This document shows, one piece after another, positions 28,213 through 38,799 of a stretch of DNA of 64,000 nt. Every line of letters starts with the position of its first letter. Position 1 is the stretch's first letter. Made by a program: the position numbers and the translations under genes. Below the pieces are notes generated by a model that searched no databases, had not been told where the DNA came from, and was given only the letters and a program-made list of their open reading frames with translations. Source of the DNA: Acidobacteriota bacterium (lineage in GTDB: Bacteria; Acidobacteriota; UBA890; WLXD01). The DNA is taken from positions 960,001-1,024,000 of the forward strand of contig CBDBHB010000009.1 in the NCBI GenBank assembly GCA_965205505.1, given 5' to 3'.

Positions 28213-30528
28213 TTGACGAACACTCTTAGACCGCGCCGCGATCTCCGCCTCGCCTTGGTGATACTCGCGAGTACGGCACTGACGCTCTTGGTGATGTCTG
28301 CCCCGGCCTTGGCTGTGCCCCAGGATGGAGGCAGGCAGCAGCGTGACGAGGCAGCGCAGGAGCTTCTCGAGGCTCTCGAAGCTGCGACCGATCCGATCGC
28401 GGTCAAGTCGGCACGTGCGGCAACCCCCGAGGAAGAAGCCGAGATCGGGCAGGGCGGCAAGCGAATGGCGGCCACGGAAGCGCCGGTGGCCCCCCGCATC
28501 GACGGCCGGGTCGACGACGACGTGTGGGCGTTGGCCGAGGTGGTGACCGACTTCCTACAACGCGAGCCCGTAGAGGGTGGAGTTCCCACACATCGCACCG
28601 AGGTGCGCATCCTGTTCGACGATCGCAACCTCTATCTGGGCTTCGTGATGTACGACGACGAGCCCGACCGCGTCGTCGCCTCCGACCTGCGCCGCGACAG
28701 TCGTCTGGAGACCGACGATAGCATCGCGCTGCTGCTCGACACGTTCCACGATCACCGCAACGGTTTTCTGTTCCGTGTCAACGCGCTCGGCACCAAGTAC
28801 GACGCGACGGTGCAGGGGGAGCGCAACGTTAACTCCCGCTGGGACGAGAAATGGGAGGCTGCCGCCAGAATCACGCCGAATGGCTGGGAGGCGGAGATGC
28901 AGATCCCCTTCAAGGCGCTGAGGTTCGACGCCGGTGCGCATGTCTGGGGCATCGATTTCAACCGCGAGATTCGGCGTACCAACGAAGAGGTCAACTGGAG
29001 CAACTACCGCCGCGGCTTCAACTTTCGCGACATCTCGCAGGGTGGTCACCTGCTCGGTCTGCGAAGCCTTGCGCTCACGGGTCGCTACCGGCTCAAGCCC
29101 TACCTGGCCGGCGGCTACACGGCGCTCAACGCGACCGATTCGCCGCTGACCGACCGTAGCGGCGAGTTCGGCATCGAGGACTTCAAGGTCCAGATTACCC
29201 CCAACCTGACGGCAGACCTCACGGTCAATACCGATTTTGCCCAGGTTGAGGACGACGAGGAGCGTGTCAACTTGACGCGCTTTCCACTGTTCTTTCCCGA
29301 GCGCCGGGAGTTCTTCCTGGAAGGGTCGGACAAGTTCGATTTCGGTGGCGGCGGAGAGCGCGGCCGCGGAGGCCCCAGCTCGCTGCTCTATCACTCGCGC
29401 AATATCGGATTGTTCGATGGAAGCCCGGTCACCATGCGGTACGGCGCCAAGCTGACCGGCAAGATAGGGAACACCAGCATTGGCTTTATCAACGCCCAGA
29501 CGGGCGACAGCGCCGAGCTCGACTACGTCGGGCGCAACCACACGACGCTGCGTTTGAACCAAGACATCCTCGAGCGCTCCTCGATCGGCCTGATCTTGAC
29601 CAACGTTCAAGACGATGGGGCACACAATCGCGTTGCTGGATTCGACGCCAGCTTCCGCTTCTTCGATCACATGAGCGTGCGCGGCAACATCGCACAGGCG
29701 CGAGACTCCGAAGTCGGGCGCCCGCAATATGTCGGTGCCTTCGACGCCGGCTGGGACAGCGACCTCTGGAGCGCGCAAGCGAGCTACAGCTACGTCGATC
29801 CCGACTTCGTCACCGACATGGGCTTCATCCGGCGGCACGACATGATACGGCAGAATTATCGTCTCGGCTGGAAACCTCGACCCGGCTTGTCGTGGATGCG
29901 GCAGATGATGTTCTTCGCCGTGGTCGAGCACATCACCGATACCGCCGGCAACCCCGAGACCCGCGAGCACACGTTATGGACGCGCTATCAGCTGGAGTCG
30001 GGCGACTCGGCCAGCATCATGGTGCAGCGTTCCTTCGAGCGAATTCGGGAGCCGTTCGAGGTATCGGATCAGGCGGAGATTGGCGTCGGCGACTACACCA
30101 ACAACGAGTGGAGAGCGTCGTTCGAGTCGTATCGGGCGCGGCGGCTCAGCGGCCGCGTCAACGTCAGCGGCGGCGGGTTCTTCGACGGCACGAGACGTTC
30201 GTACGGCGGCAGCATGACGATGCGCTTCAACGAGAAGCTGTCGCTGTCTCCGCGCTATGACCTCAACCGCATCGAGCTACCGGCTGACGCCTTCAACACC
30301 CACCTGGCGAGCATGCGAGCGTCGTACAACTTCAACGAGCGGTGGCTGACGGTTCAGTACAACAGCATCGCCGACCGACTGTCGATCTTCGCGCGGCTGA
30401 ACTTCATCCGCCGGACCGGCGACGACCTGTTTCTGGTCTACAAGTCGACGGTGCGCTACGATCCGGAGTTCTACGGCCAGATGGACCAGGCCGTGATCGC
30501 CAAGATGACGCGGTCGTTCGACTTTTAG
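28213..30528 (+). CDS. CBM9-like + DUF5916 outer-membrane protein
   Basis: PRIDG..D..W, EMQIPF, NTDFAQVE, RFPLFFPERREFFLEG; C-terminal Phe. Confidence 0.82.
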   Translation: MTNTLRPRRDLRLALVILASTALTLLVMSAPALAVPQDGGRQQRDEAAQELLEALEAATDPIAVKSARAATPEEEAEIGQGGKRMAATEAPVAPRIDGRVDDDVWALAEVVTDFLQREPVEGGVPTHRTEVRILFDDRNLYLGFVMYDDEPDRVVASDLRRDSRLETDDSIALLLDTFHDHRNGFLFRVNALGTKYDATVQGERNVNSRWDEKWEAAARITPNGWEAEMQIPFKALRFDAGAHVWGIDFNREIRRTNEEVNWSNYRRGFNFRDISQGGHLLGLRSLALTGRYRLKPYLAGGYTALNATDSPLTDRSGEFGIEDFKVQITPNLTADLTVNTDFAQVEDDEERVNLTRFPLFFPERREFFLEGSDKFDFGGGGERGRGGPSSLLYHSRNIGLFDGSPVTMRYGAKLTGKIGNTSIGFINAQTGDSAELDYVGRNHTTLRLNQDILERSSIGLILTNVQDDGAHNRVAGFDASFRFFDHMSVRGNIAQARDSEVGRPQYVGAFDAGWDSDLWSAQASYSYVDPDFVTDMGFIRRHDMIRQNYRLGWKPRPGLSWMRQMMFFAVVEHITDTAGNPETREHTLWTRYQLESGDSASIMVQRSFERIREPFEVSDQAEIGVGDYTNNEWRASFESYRARRLSGRVNVSGGGFFDGTRRSYGGSMTMRFNEKLSLSPRYDLNRIELPADAFNTHLASMRASYNFNERWLTVQYNSIADRLSIFARLNFIRRTGDDLFLVYKSTVRYDPEFYGQMDQAVIAKMTRSFDF

Positions 30529-30562
30529 TCTGCGCCCCACTCCCACCCGCGAGCCCGCTCAT

Positions 30563-32191
30563 TTGTCTCGAAACTCGCTCGCTCTACGCGTTGTTCTGGC
30601 TTGTGCCCTGCCCTTGTCGGTGGTGCGTTGTGCCTCGACGCCGGCGCCCGTATTGGCGCCGGCGCCGCGCGGCGACGGCCCCTCACTGGTGGTGCTGATC
30701 GCCATCGACCAGGCGCGCTACGACTATCTGGTGCGCTTCCGGTCGTTCTTCACTGGCGGGCTGGCTCACTTGCTCGACAACGGTGCAGTGTTCACCAACG
30801 CACATCAGAATCATTCGATGACGGCCACGGCGCCAGGGCATGCGACGCTCTCTACAGGTCTCGAGCCGGCGCGCTCGGGCATCGTCGGCAACAACTGGTA
30901 CGACCGGCAGCAAAACGTAAGTGTCTACTCGGGCGGGCCGGCGGCACGGCGGTCGCCGGCGCTGCTGGAGGGGACGGCGATCGGCGACTGGATGAAGGCG
31001 GCGGATCCGCGCTCGAAAGTGTTCACCGCCAGCATCAAGGACCGCTCGGCGATCATGCTGGGTGGCCAGGGCGCCGACGGTGCTTTCTGGTACGACGGAA
31101 CCTACGGTTTCTGGACGAGCAGCAGCTACTACGGGAGGGCGCTTCCAGACTGGCTCGTCGACTTCAACCGCGAGGAGCGGCTCGACCGCTTCTACGGTAC
31201 CGCCTGGGAGCCGCTGACCGACGAGAGCCGCTGGTCCGAGGTCGATGTCGAACATCTCGACACCGGGGCCTTTGCGCGTGGCTTTCCCCACGTGCTCGGC
31301 TGGTCGGATCCCACACCGAGCGCAGTCTTCTACGAGCGGATTCCGAACAGCCCATGGGGAGACTGGTACCTGGCGGAGCTGGCGGAAGCCTTGATCGTCA
31401 ACGAGGACCTCGGCGCCGATGGCAGCGTCGATTTTCTCGGTCTGTCGTTCTCCTCGCTCGACTATGTGGGCCACACGTACGGCCCCAACGCTCCGGAGGT
31501 TCTCGACATCTTGGTGCGACTTGATCTCCGTCTTGCCGAGCTACTGGGGTTCATCGACGAGCGCGTTGGTCTTGACCACGTGCTGTTGGCGTTCAGCGCA
31601 GATCACGGTGTTCAGGTGATGCCAGAGTACGTTGCGCCGCGAGGGTTGGAGGGCAAGCGCCTCGATGGTGCCGATCTCCTCTGCGTCCAACAAGCAGGCG
31701 AGCGGCTACGCGAGAAGCTCGGCGATCACGAGTGGATCGAGTCGGGCTACTACCTCGACGAATCGGTGATCGCCCAGCAACAGCTCGACAAGGCGGACGT
31801 CGAAGCGGAGCTCGCCGCAATTCTCGGCGCCTGTTCGGTGGTCGACCGCGTTTGGACCTCGACCGAGCTGATGGTCGAAACTCCGTCCCCCGATCTACAG
31901 ACGCAACGATATCGAAACAACTACTTCCCGGGTCGGAGCCCCGACCTGGTTGTCCAGTACCACGACTACTTTCTGGACGATCAATCGATGGGAACGACTC
32001 ACGGAACCGTGTTCGACTACGACTCCCACGTACCGATGATCGTGGCCGGGCCCGGCGTCGTCGCACGCCAGCACGACGAGCGTGCCGCAACCGCGGATCT
32101 CGCTCCAACGCTGGCAGCTCTACTCGGCATCGAGCCTCCGGCCGACCTGGACGGACGCGACCTCAGCGCGCAGGTGCGCAGCAAACGCTAG
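30563..32191 (+). CDS. Alkaline phosphatase superfamily protein (PafA-like)
   Basis: IDQARYDY, TAPGHATLSTG (Thr nucleophile), KDRSAI, DYVGH, ADHG, THG. Confidence 0.88.
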   Translation: MSRNSLALRVVLACALPLSVVRCASTPAPVLAPAPRGDGPSLVVLIAIDQARYDYLVRFRSFFTGGLAHLLDNGAVFTNAHQNHSMTATAPGHATLSTGLEPARSGIVGNNWYDRQQNVSVYSGGPAARRSPALLEGTAIGDWMKAADPRSKVFTASIKDRSAIMLGGQGADGAFWYDGTYGFWTSSSYYGRALPDWLVDFNREERLDRFYGTAWEPLTDESRWSEVDVEHLDTGAFARGFPHVLGWSDPTPSAVFYERIPNSPWGDWYLAELAEALIVNEDLGADGSVDFLGLSFSSLDYVGHTYGPNAPEVLDILVRLDLRLAELLGFIDERVGLDHVLLAFSADHGVQVMPEYVAPRGLEGKRLDGADLLCVQQAGERLREKLGDHEWIESGYYLDESVIAQQQLDKADVEAELAAILGACSVVDRVWTSTELMVETPSPDLQTQRYRNNYFPGRSPDLVVQYHDYFLDDQSMGTTHGTVFDYDSHVPMIVAGPGVVARQHDERAATADLAPTLAALLGIEPPADLDGRDLSAQVRSKR

Positions 32192-32208
32192 CAGGCCCGC
32201 CACGCTTC

Positions 32209-32487
32209 CTAGCAGGCCGTGGTGAAAGTGTGGTGGGTCTGGCGACAGGGTCTTGCGAAGTGGAGGCAAGGAGAGAGGAGGAGGCGATGGTTACCCTATC
32301 GTTGACGAGGAACGACGCAGCAAACGCGCGCAACCCCCTATCGCCCGAAGGGTTACGGCGATTTGGGGCCATTTGCGGCGTTGGCCTTCCTGGACGATGG
32401 CTAGGGCATCGCCTGTGTCAGGCCTCCTTACATCTGGCCCCAACTCGCCGTAACCAGATCCACCACACTTTCACCACGGCCTGCTAG
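32209..32487. mobile_element. MITE-like element (TIR type C) with two oppositely oriented cores
   Basis: ctagcaggccgtggtgaaagtgtggtgg ... ccaccacactttcaccacggcctgctag; preceded by a second ctagcaggcc at 32188 that holds the gene stop. Confidence 0.88.
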
Positions 32488-32491
32488 GCGG

Positions 32492-32770
32492 CTACTGGTT
32501 GCTCCAGGAGGTGCGAGTTGGCACCGACTGCGTGCAGTTGATGCGCTCCGTCATGCCCGTCGCCAAGGCCGAGCAGGCCATTTCGGCGGCGGTGCGGATG
32601 GCTTCTTGGCGCGTTGTGCCCGAGGCCTCGCGGCATTCCGTGCGACCCTTGAAGGTGAAGCAGATTTCGCCCGTGACCAGTGCCAGGCCCATGCTCGAGT
32701 ACACGATCAACGCCAACAGGCCGACAACGAGCAACCCTACCGCGACAAATACGCCCCTGCGACTCCCCAT
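32492..32770 (-). CDS. Small membrane-anchored protein with four Cys
   Basis: N-terminal TM then EIC, TEC, MAC, INC. Confidence 0.65.
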   Translation of the reverse strand: MGSRRGVFVAVGLLVVGLLALIVYSSMGLALVTGEICFTFKGRTECREASGTTRQEAIRTAAEMACSALATGMTERINCTQSVPTRTSWSNQ

Positions 32771-32862
32771 TGCTCGATGATACAGTCAACCTGCTCCCAG
32801 CAACGGCTGGTGTCTTCGGCGCGCCAGGCAGCCGACGCCTCCTACGACGACGGATGACCCTA

Positions 32863-34308
32863 ATGCGCAAGACTCTTGCAGCGCTGCTGCTGCTGTTGAC
32901 TGCCCTCCCACTCGCCACTGGCGCCAGTCCCACGCAGTCGGACGAACACGAGGTATGGACACGGTTTCGTGGTCCGAACGGATCGGGAGTGGTCGAGACC
33001 GGCGCCCTGCCGACGACTTTCGGCCCCGACACCAACGTTATCTGGAAGACCGAGCTGGCAGAGGGACACTCGTCGCCGATCCTATCGGAGCGGCGCATCT
33101 TCCTCACGGCGACGGATGATGAGCGTCTGCTGACGATAGCGCTCGATCGCGAGAGCGGCGAAGTGCTTTGGGAGCGCGAGACTCCGCGGCCTCGAGCGGA
33201 CTTCTTCGACAACCGCAACAACGCGGCCTCGCCGAGCCCGGCTGTGGACGACGCCTCGATCTATGTCTTCTTCCCCGACTTCGGCATGGTGTCGTACACG
33301 TTCGAGGGCGAAGAGCGCTGGCGCGTGCCGCTCGGTCCGTTCAACAACATCTACGGCATGGGTGCATCACCGGTCGTCGTCGACGACAAGGTAATTCTGG
33401 TCTGCGACCAGAACGTCGGATCGTTCATGGTCGCGGTCCACAAGGACACCGGTGAGATCCTCTGGGAGGTCGAGCGGCCCGAGGCCAAGAGCGGGCACGC
33501 CACGCCGGTGGTCTGGGAGTCGCCTGAGGGCGATACGCAGCTGATCTTGCCGGGCTCTTTCCTGCTGGATTCCTACGATCCAGACACCGGCGAGAAGATC
33601 TGGTGGGTGCGTGGTCTCTCGTTCGAAATCAAATCTACGCCGGTCATCCTCGACGGTATCGCGTACATCAACGGCTATGGAGCGCCGATCAACCAGCCCG
33701 GGAATCAGGTCTTCCTGCCTTCTTTCGCCGAGGTTGTATCGGAGCGCGACGGCGACGGCGACGGCTTCATCAACGTCGATGAGATGCCTCAGAACCGCGC
33801 TCGGAACTGGTTCTATCTCGCCGATTTGGACGTTGACGACATGCTCGATGCGGACGAATGGGCCTATCTGCGAGCAGCGCTGGAGAGCCGCAACGGCATG
33901 CTGGCGATCCGCCTGGGCGGTCGTGGTGACATGACCGACGAGAACTTGATCTGGGAGTACAACCGCTCCGTCCCGCAACTGCCATCGCCGCTCATCTACA
34001 ACAACGTTCTGTACATGGTGAACGACGGCGGTATCGTCACGTCGTTTGATCCGCAGACCGGCGAAGTAATCAAGCAGGGACGCCTGAAGGGCGCAGTGGA
34101 TCAGTACTACGCGTCGCCCGTCGCCGGCGACGGCAAGGTCTTCATGCTGTCGGAGCTCGGCATGCTATCGGTACTCGAGCCGGACGGCGGCCTCGAGCCG
34201 ATCACCGTGTCGGATCTCGACGACCTCTGCTACGCCACCCCAGCGATCGCCGACGGTCGGATCTACGTGCGCACCCGCGGCACGCTCTACGCGTTCGGGT
34301 TGAGCTGA
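32863..34308 (+). CDS. PQQ-binding-like beta-propeller protein with EF-hand insertion
   Basis: W..FRGP.G.G, SSP/ATP blade repeats; DGDGDGFINVDE and DLDVDDMLDADE. Confidence 0.88.
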   Translation: MRKTLAALLLLLTALPLATGASPTQSDEHEVWTRFRGPNGSGVVETGALPTTFGPDTNVIWKTELAEGHSSPILSERRIFLTATDDERLLTIALDRESGEVLWERETPRPRADFFDNRNNAASPSPAVDDASIYVFFPDFGMVSYTFEGEERWRVPLGPFNNIYGMGASPVVVDDKVILVCDQNVGSFMVAVHKDTGEILWEVERPEAKSGHATPVVWESPEGDTQLILPGSFLLDSYDPDTGEKIWWVRGLSFEIKSTPVILDGIAYINGYGAPINQPGNQVFLPSFAEVVSERDGDGDGFINVDEMPQNRARNWFYLADLDVDDMLDADEWAYLRAALESRNGMLAIRLGGRGDMTDENLIWEYNRSVPQLPSPLIYNNVLYMVNDGGIVTSFDPQTGEVIKQGRLKGAVDQYYASPVAGDGKVFMLSELGMLSVLEPDGGLEPITVSDLDDLCYATPAIADGRIYVRTRGTLYAFGLS

Positions 34309-34421
34309 GGCTCCGGTTCGGGCGTGCTCACCCGGTGGCGTGGCGCGCAAGCCGATCCAGCCGGGTGAAGCGCGCGCCAGCTTGTCGCCGATCTCAGCAG
34401 CTTGACGACCGTTGCTTCATT

Positions 34422-34511
34422 TCAGTCGGCCCGAAGGGCTACTACCGGGTCGACGCCCGAGGCACGGATCGCCGGGAGCCAGCTCGCCACTAGAGCGACC
34501 ATCCCGAGCTC
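34422..34511 (-). pseudogene. Orphan C-terminal fragment of an ABC (ADOP/MacB-type) permease
   Basis: LGMVALVASWLPAIRASGVDPVVALRAD* directly after the fabH-like stop. Confidence 0.65.
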
Positions 34512-34512
34512 C

Positions 34513-35556
34513 CTACTCCACCTCTCGGAGTATCGCCCCGGAGGCAAATCCGGCCCCGAAGGCAACGTCGATCTCGAACCCACGACGCGGTACGCCGTTA
34601 GCTCGCGCGTCGGGATCGAGGTACCCGAGCGGGATCGACGCAGTGGACGTGTTGCCAAAATGCACGATCCCGTTCGTGTACACTCGCTCGAGTGGCATCC
34701 CAAGCTTGCTGGCAACGCTTTCGATAATGCGCAGGTTTGCCTGGTGTGGATAGACGAAGCTCACATCGTCGAGGCTGACCGGGTCGGGATTGTCGCGATT
34801 GTACTTCTCGACGACGGTGTGGATGTCGTTGACCATCGTGCGCACCGCCACACCGTAGACTTTGCGGCCGCTCATGTGCAGATAGGGACGGACACCGGTC
34901 TGCTTGTTGGAGAACGACTCCGGCGAACCCGGCGCCCACTGTGTTTCGAGTACTGGGTCGGAGTACAGGTAGTCGCCGTAGCGTCCGTCGGCATGAGTGT
35001 GAATCGCCAGGATTCCGCCACGATCCACCTGGCGGACAACCACGGCACCGGCCCCGTCGCCCAGCAAGACGCAAGTTCCGCGGTCCGTCCAGTTCGTAAT
35101 GTGCGACAGGCCGTCCACACCGATCACCAACGAGATCAGCTCATCGCCGTCGCGCACCTTCGAAACCCAGATCTTGTTGTACGCTTCCTCGACCGCGTAT
35201 ATGAAGCCGGCACAGCCGGCAGATATGTCGGCGGCCGATGCGTTGAAGGCGCCGATTGCAGCCTGCACTTGCGTCGCCAGGCTCGGGAAGCGGGCCCAGG
35301 TATTGACCCCGACGCGGATGTCGCCGACCTGCTCTGGTGTGATCCCGGCGTCGTCGAGCGCCTGCCGGGCGGCGGCCACCGCCATGTCGAGGATGGTTTC
35401 GTCCGCGCCCAGGATGCGGCGCTCACGAATGCCCGTGCGCCGCTGGATCCACTCGTCGGTGGTGTCGATGATCCGTTCGAGGTCGTGGTTGGTAAGGACC
35501 GTAGACGGCACGTAGGCGCCGAAGCCCACGTAGCCGATGGAAAGATCCGGCTTCAT
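34513..35556 (-). CDS. fabH: 3-oxoacyl-ACP synthase III family
   Basis: DTTDEWI..RTGI, AGCAGF, LGDGAGA, HQANLRII, GNTS.ASIP triad. Confidence 0.85.
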   Translation of the reverse strand: MKPDLSIGYVGFGAYVPSTVLTNHDLERIIDTTDEWIQRRTGIRERRILGADETILDMAVAAARQALDDAGITPEQVGDIRVGVNTWARFPSLATQVQAAIGAFNASAADISAGCAGFIYAVEEAYNKIWVSKVRDGDELISLVIGVDGLSHITNWTDRGTCVLLGDGAGAVVVRQVDRGGILAIHTHADGRYGDYLYSDPVLETQWAPGSPESFSNKQTGVRPYLHMSGRKVYGVAVRTMVNDIHTVVEKYNRDNPDPVSLDDVSFVYPHQANLRIIESVASKLGMPLERVYTNGIVHFGNTSTASIPLGYLDPDARANGVPRRGFEIDVAFGAGFASGAILREVE

Positions 35557-35700
35557 GTCGGGCCTGCATCCGGGGGCGCACGAGTCACCCTCGGTTGGTT
35601 GCCGCGCGGAATGAGAGCATGGCGCGGATGATGGAGGGGTCAGGAAGTAAGAAGTATGGGATGGAGGTTCCTACCCTTTGCGCCCGCCTGTCAAGCAGGA

Positions 35701-35764
35701 CGCCTTGCATCTGGCCCCAACTCGCCGCAACCAGGCCCGCCACCGTTCCACCACGGCCTGCTAG
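35701..35764 (+). repeat. 64-nt right-half remnant of a TIR type C element
   Basis: cgccttgcatctggccccaactcgcc...ccacggcctgctag; terminal CTAG holds the fbp stop. Confidence 0.75.
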
Positions 35765-36810
35765 CGCACGCCGGTCTCGAACTCGACGGCAAGCCTCATA
35801 TCTTCCTCAGACCCCATGTACAGCGGTATGCGCTCGTGCAGCTCGGTGGATTGCACATCGAGGATGCGCTCAGTTCCGGTTGAAGCCATGCCGCCGGCCT
35901 GCTCGATGACCATTCCCATGGGGTTGGCCTCGTACATCAGACGCAGCTTCCCGCCGGGAGCCTTGTGCGTAGCCGGGTACATGAAGAGCCCGCCGTAGAG
36001 CAGCGTGCGGTGCACGTCGGCCACCATCGAGCCGATGTAGCGTGCCGAGTACGGTCGCCCCGTGGACGCATCGTCCTCCTGGAGATAATCCAGGAATCGA
36101 CGAGTGCTCTCGAAGAAAACGTTCCGGTAACCCTCGTTGATGCTGTAGATGTTGCCCTTCCTGGGAATCTCGATATTCGGATGCGAGAGCAGAAACTCGC
36201 CGATGCCCGGGTCCAGTGTGAAGCCGTAGACCCCGGCGCCGGTGGTGTAAACCAACATGGTGCTCGAGCCGTAGAGGATGTAGCCGGCTGCCACCTGCTC
36301 GGATCCCTTGCGCAGTAGATCCACCAGGCTGCCATGTCCGGGCTCGGTAACGCGACGGTAAATCGACCAGATCGAGCCGATCGACACGTTGGCATCGATG
36401 TTCGATGAGCCGTCCAACGGATCGAACAGCAGCACGTACTCGCCAGTGGCGAACTTGTCCGGAATGGCGATGGGTTCGTCGGCTTCCTCCGAGCCCATCA
36501 GACACAGCATGCCGCCGTGATCGAAGTTCTTGATAAAGCACTCGTTGGCGAACTCATCGAGCTTCTGCACCCTCTCGCCCTGGATGTTCGTTGTCCCTGT
36601 CTCGCCGACGATGTCCACCAGGCCCGCCTTGTTGACCTCGCGGGCGATGAGCTTGCCGGTGAGAGCGATGTCGTAAAGCAGTCGCGTCAAGGAGCCGGTG
36701 GCGTCGGGATGCTGTTTCTGGCGATCGAGAACGTGGCGCTCGATCGTGACAATTTGGTTGGGCCGCGTGACGATCGGCGTCTTCACTGCTGCGGCCGGGC
36801 GGCTGGGCAT
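35761..36810 (-). CDS. fbp: Class 1 fructose-1,6-bisphosphatase
   Basis: [33 protein letters not shown]. Confidence 0.96.
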   Translation of the reverse strand: MPSRPAAAVKTPIVTRPNQIVTIERHVLDRQKQHPDATGSLTRLLYDIALTGKLIAREVNKAGLVDIVGETGTTNIQGERVQKLDEFANECFIKNFDHGGMLCLMGSEEADEPIAIPDKFATGEYVLLFDPLDGSSNIDANVSIGSIWSIYRRVTEPGHGSLVDLLRKGSEQVAAGYILYGSSTMLVYTTGAGVYGFTLDPGIGEFLLSHPNIEIPRKGNIYSINEGYRNVFFESTRRFLDYLQEDDASTGRPYSARYIGSMVADVHRTLLYGGLFMYPATHKAPGGKLRLMYEANPMGMVIEQAGGMASTGTERILDVQSTELHERIPLYMGSEEDMRLAVEFETGVR

Positions 36811-36965
36811 GAGATTCCTCCGAGTGTCTGCTGACGCAGGACACCTTACGCTGCGGATAAGCGATCAGCCTAATTCTCGCCTGCCGACGGACGAAATCAA
36901 GCGCGGCGGCCCGTCTCACGTATTGCAGGACAGTTGGGCATGCCCCTGCAGGAGCGCTGATACCG

Positions 36966-37331
36966 ATGGTAAGCTCGTTCGTCGTTGCCCGTCGCCGCAT
37001 CGCACAGTGCCGTATCTGTCTGGAGCGAGATACCAGCTTGAGGCTCATTCCGGCAGCGGCGCAAGACGACGTCGACCGCTGCTACCTGGCAGTGGCGACC
37101 ATCCTCGACGACGCACGGGTCGAGATCGAGGCTGCGGGCCCCCGCTTGGATCGGGATGTAGTGTTCCGCGAGGAGTTTATCGGTGGATGTCTACTGTTGG
37201 TCCAGTGCATGTTCTGCGCCATGTACAGAGAGACCTGCCCGCTGGCTCTGCGTCGGGTTGCCGGCTGTTTGTGTGCCCAGGCGCGTGGTCTCAAGGAGTA
37301 TCTCTGGGCGCGGCTGGAGCGTGTCGCGTAG
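36966..37331 (+). CDS. Hypothetical Cys-rich protein
   Basis: 121-aa ORF in an otherwise empty gap, AGGAG upstream; no family recognised. Confidence 0.4.
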   Translation: MVSSFVVARRRIAQCRICLERDTSLRLIPAAAQDDVDRCYLAVATILDDARVEIEAAGPRLDRDVVFREEFIGGCLLLVQCMFCAMYRETCPLALRRVAGCLCAQARGLKEYLWARLERVA

Positions 37332-37388
37332 GGTCGAGCGACCCATCTGGGGAGGCATTCGGTCGATTGAACCGGCATACTGAGCGAC

Positions 37389-38243
37389 ATGTTTCGAGCC
37401 GGAGAACTCCGCACACCCGGGGCGCATCGCCGATCGCGCGCCGGCGGCCTGGCGTTGGCGATCGGCGCCGGCGCCCTGAGTTGCACGAGCGCGCTGGACA
37501 ACGGCAATCGGCCGGCGCTGGATGGCGTTGATTCGGCCAGCGCACCTCGCACCCAGACCTACGAAGTGGTGCGTAGCTATCCACACGATCCGGCAGCGTT
37601 TACTCAGGGCCTCGTGTTTCACAGTGGCCACCTCTACGAGGGCACCGGGCGCCGCGGCGAATCGTCGCTTCGCAAGGTCGAGCTGGAGACCGGTCGGGTG
37701 CTCGAGTCCGTCGACTTGCCACCGATGTTCTTCGGTGAGGGGATCGCCATCCTCGGGCAGCGCGTCTATCAGCTCACATGGCAGTCGGGTATAGGTTTCG
37801 TCTACGACCTTGAGAGCTTCACTGTCGTGGCGCAGTTTCAGCAGTTCACCGTGGGCTGGGGGCTGACCCACGACGGCGAACAGCTCATCCTGAGTGACGG
37901 GAGCTCGCGGATCTACTTCCTCGATCCCGGAACGATGGCGATGGTTCGGCAGATCGAGGTGCGCGATCAGGGGCGCCCGGTAGACCAGATCAACGAGCTC
38001 GAATACATCGACGGCGAAATCTACGCCAACGTTTGGCATAGCGACGACATCCTGCGAATCTCTCCTCGCACCGGCGAGGTGCTCGCACGGATCGACATGT
38101 CGGGCATTATCGACGCCGACCTGATTCGCGATCCTGGGGCGGTGCTCAACGGTATCGCGTACGATGCGGCGAGCGGCCGGACGTTCGTCACCGGCAAGCT
38201 CTGGCCGCGACTCTTCGAGGTACGGTTCGTCAGCCAGCGCTGA
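37389..38243 (+). CDS. Glutaminyl-peptide cyclotransferase
   Basis: PHDP.AFTQGL, FGEG, GWGLT, NELE, LNGIAYD, TGKLWP. Confidence 0.92.
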   Translation: MFRAGELRTPGAHRRSRAGGLALAIGAGALSCTSALDNGNRPALDGVDSASAPRTQTYEVVRSYPHDPAAFTQGLVFHSGHLYEGTGRRGESSLRKVELETGRVLESVDLPPMFFGEGIAILGQRVYQLTWQSGIGFVYDLESFTVVAQFQQFTVGWGLTHDGEQLILSDGSSRIYFLDPGTMAMVRQIEVRDQGRPVDQINELEYIDGEIYANVWHSDDILRISPRTGEVLARIDMSGIIDADLIRDPGAVLNGIAYDAASGRTFVTGKLWPRLFEVRFVSQR

Positions 38244-38300
38244 CATCCGGGCAGCGCAGGCGGAACCGGTGGCGCTCGCCAGCGTCGGGCGTTCCGCAGC

Positions 38301-38552
38301 TCAGATCGAGCCCTCGGTCTTGGCGAACGAGGAGTCCTTGTCGCCGCCAAACCGATACCCGCCACTGAAACCGATCTTCTTGTGCTCGATCGCTATCACC
38401 TGCGAGCTGTTGAACACCACGGTCGCCTGCTCACCTTCGATCGAGGCGGCCTTGCGTGGTAGCAGCTCGACGAACCTGCCATCGCACAAGAAGCGCGCAT
38501 CGTCCGCTTCGATGACGGTGTCGTCGCTGAGCTCGATCTCGTAACGCGCCAT
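38301..38552 (-). CDS. Small hypothetical protein
   Basis: 83-aa ORF with GC-typical codons; no family recognised. Confidence 0.55.
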   Translation of the reverse strand: MARYEIELSDDTVIEADDARFLCDGRFVELLPRKAASIEGEQATVVFNSSQVIAIEHKKIGFSGGYRFGGDKDSSFAKTEGSI

Positions 38553-38588
38553 GGGGCGAGACTTTAACAGGCGGACGCAGGGACGGAG

Positions 38589-38735
38589 CTAGCGCGGGTT
38601 GCCGGGTGCCCTTGGCGAGCGACGAACGACCGCTACGGCGAGCTCGCGCCGTAGCTCGACCGCCGTCCGGATGACCGTCCAGGCCGACCAGAGCGCCAAC
38701 GCGGCGAGCGATAGAGGGATAATTTGATCCAGCAT
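38589..38735 (-). CDS. 48-aa single-TM small protein (below ORF-track cutoff)
   Basis: AAAGGA RBS; MLDQIIPLSLAALALWSAWTVIRTAVELRRELAVAVVRRSPRAPGNPR*. Confidence 0.5.
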   Translation of the reverse strand: MLDQIIPLSLAALALWSAWTVIRTAVELRRELAVAVVRRSPRAPGNPR

Positions 38736-38752
38736 CTGCAAGTCCTTTAAAC

Positions 38753-38799
38753 CCCGGGTCGTCGGGCCCCCCCGTGCTTCGGCCCGACGACCCGGGTTT
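38753..38799. terminator. Strong GC hairpin, terminator/attenuator-like
   Basis: Perfect 16-bp stem cccgggtcgtcgggcc / ggcccgacgacccggg, 12-nt loop, short T runs on both strands. Confidence 0.65.

Noticed and set aside
34320-34377. Hairpin between convergent genes as an ncRNA
   Set aside because: Imperfect GC stem explained adequately as a terminator-like structure
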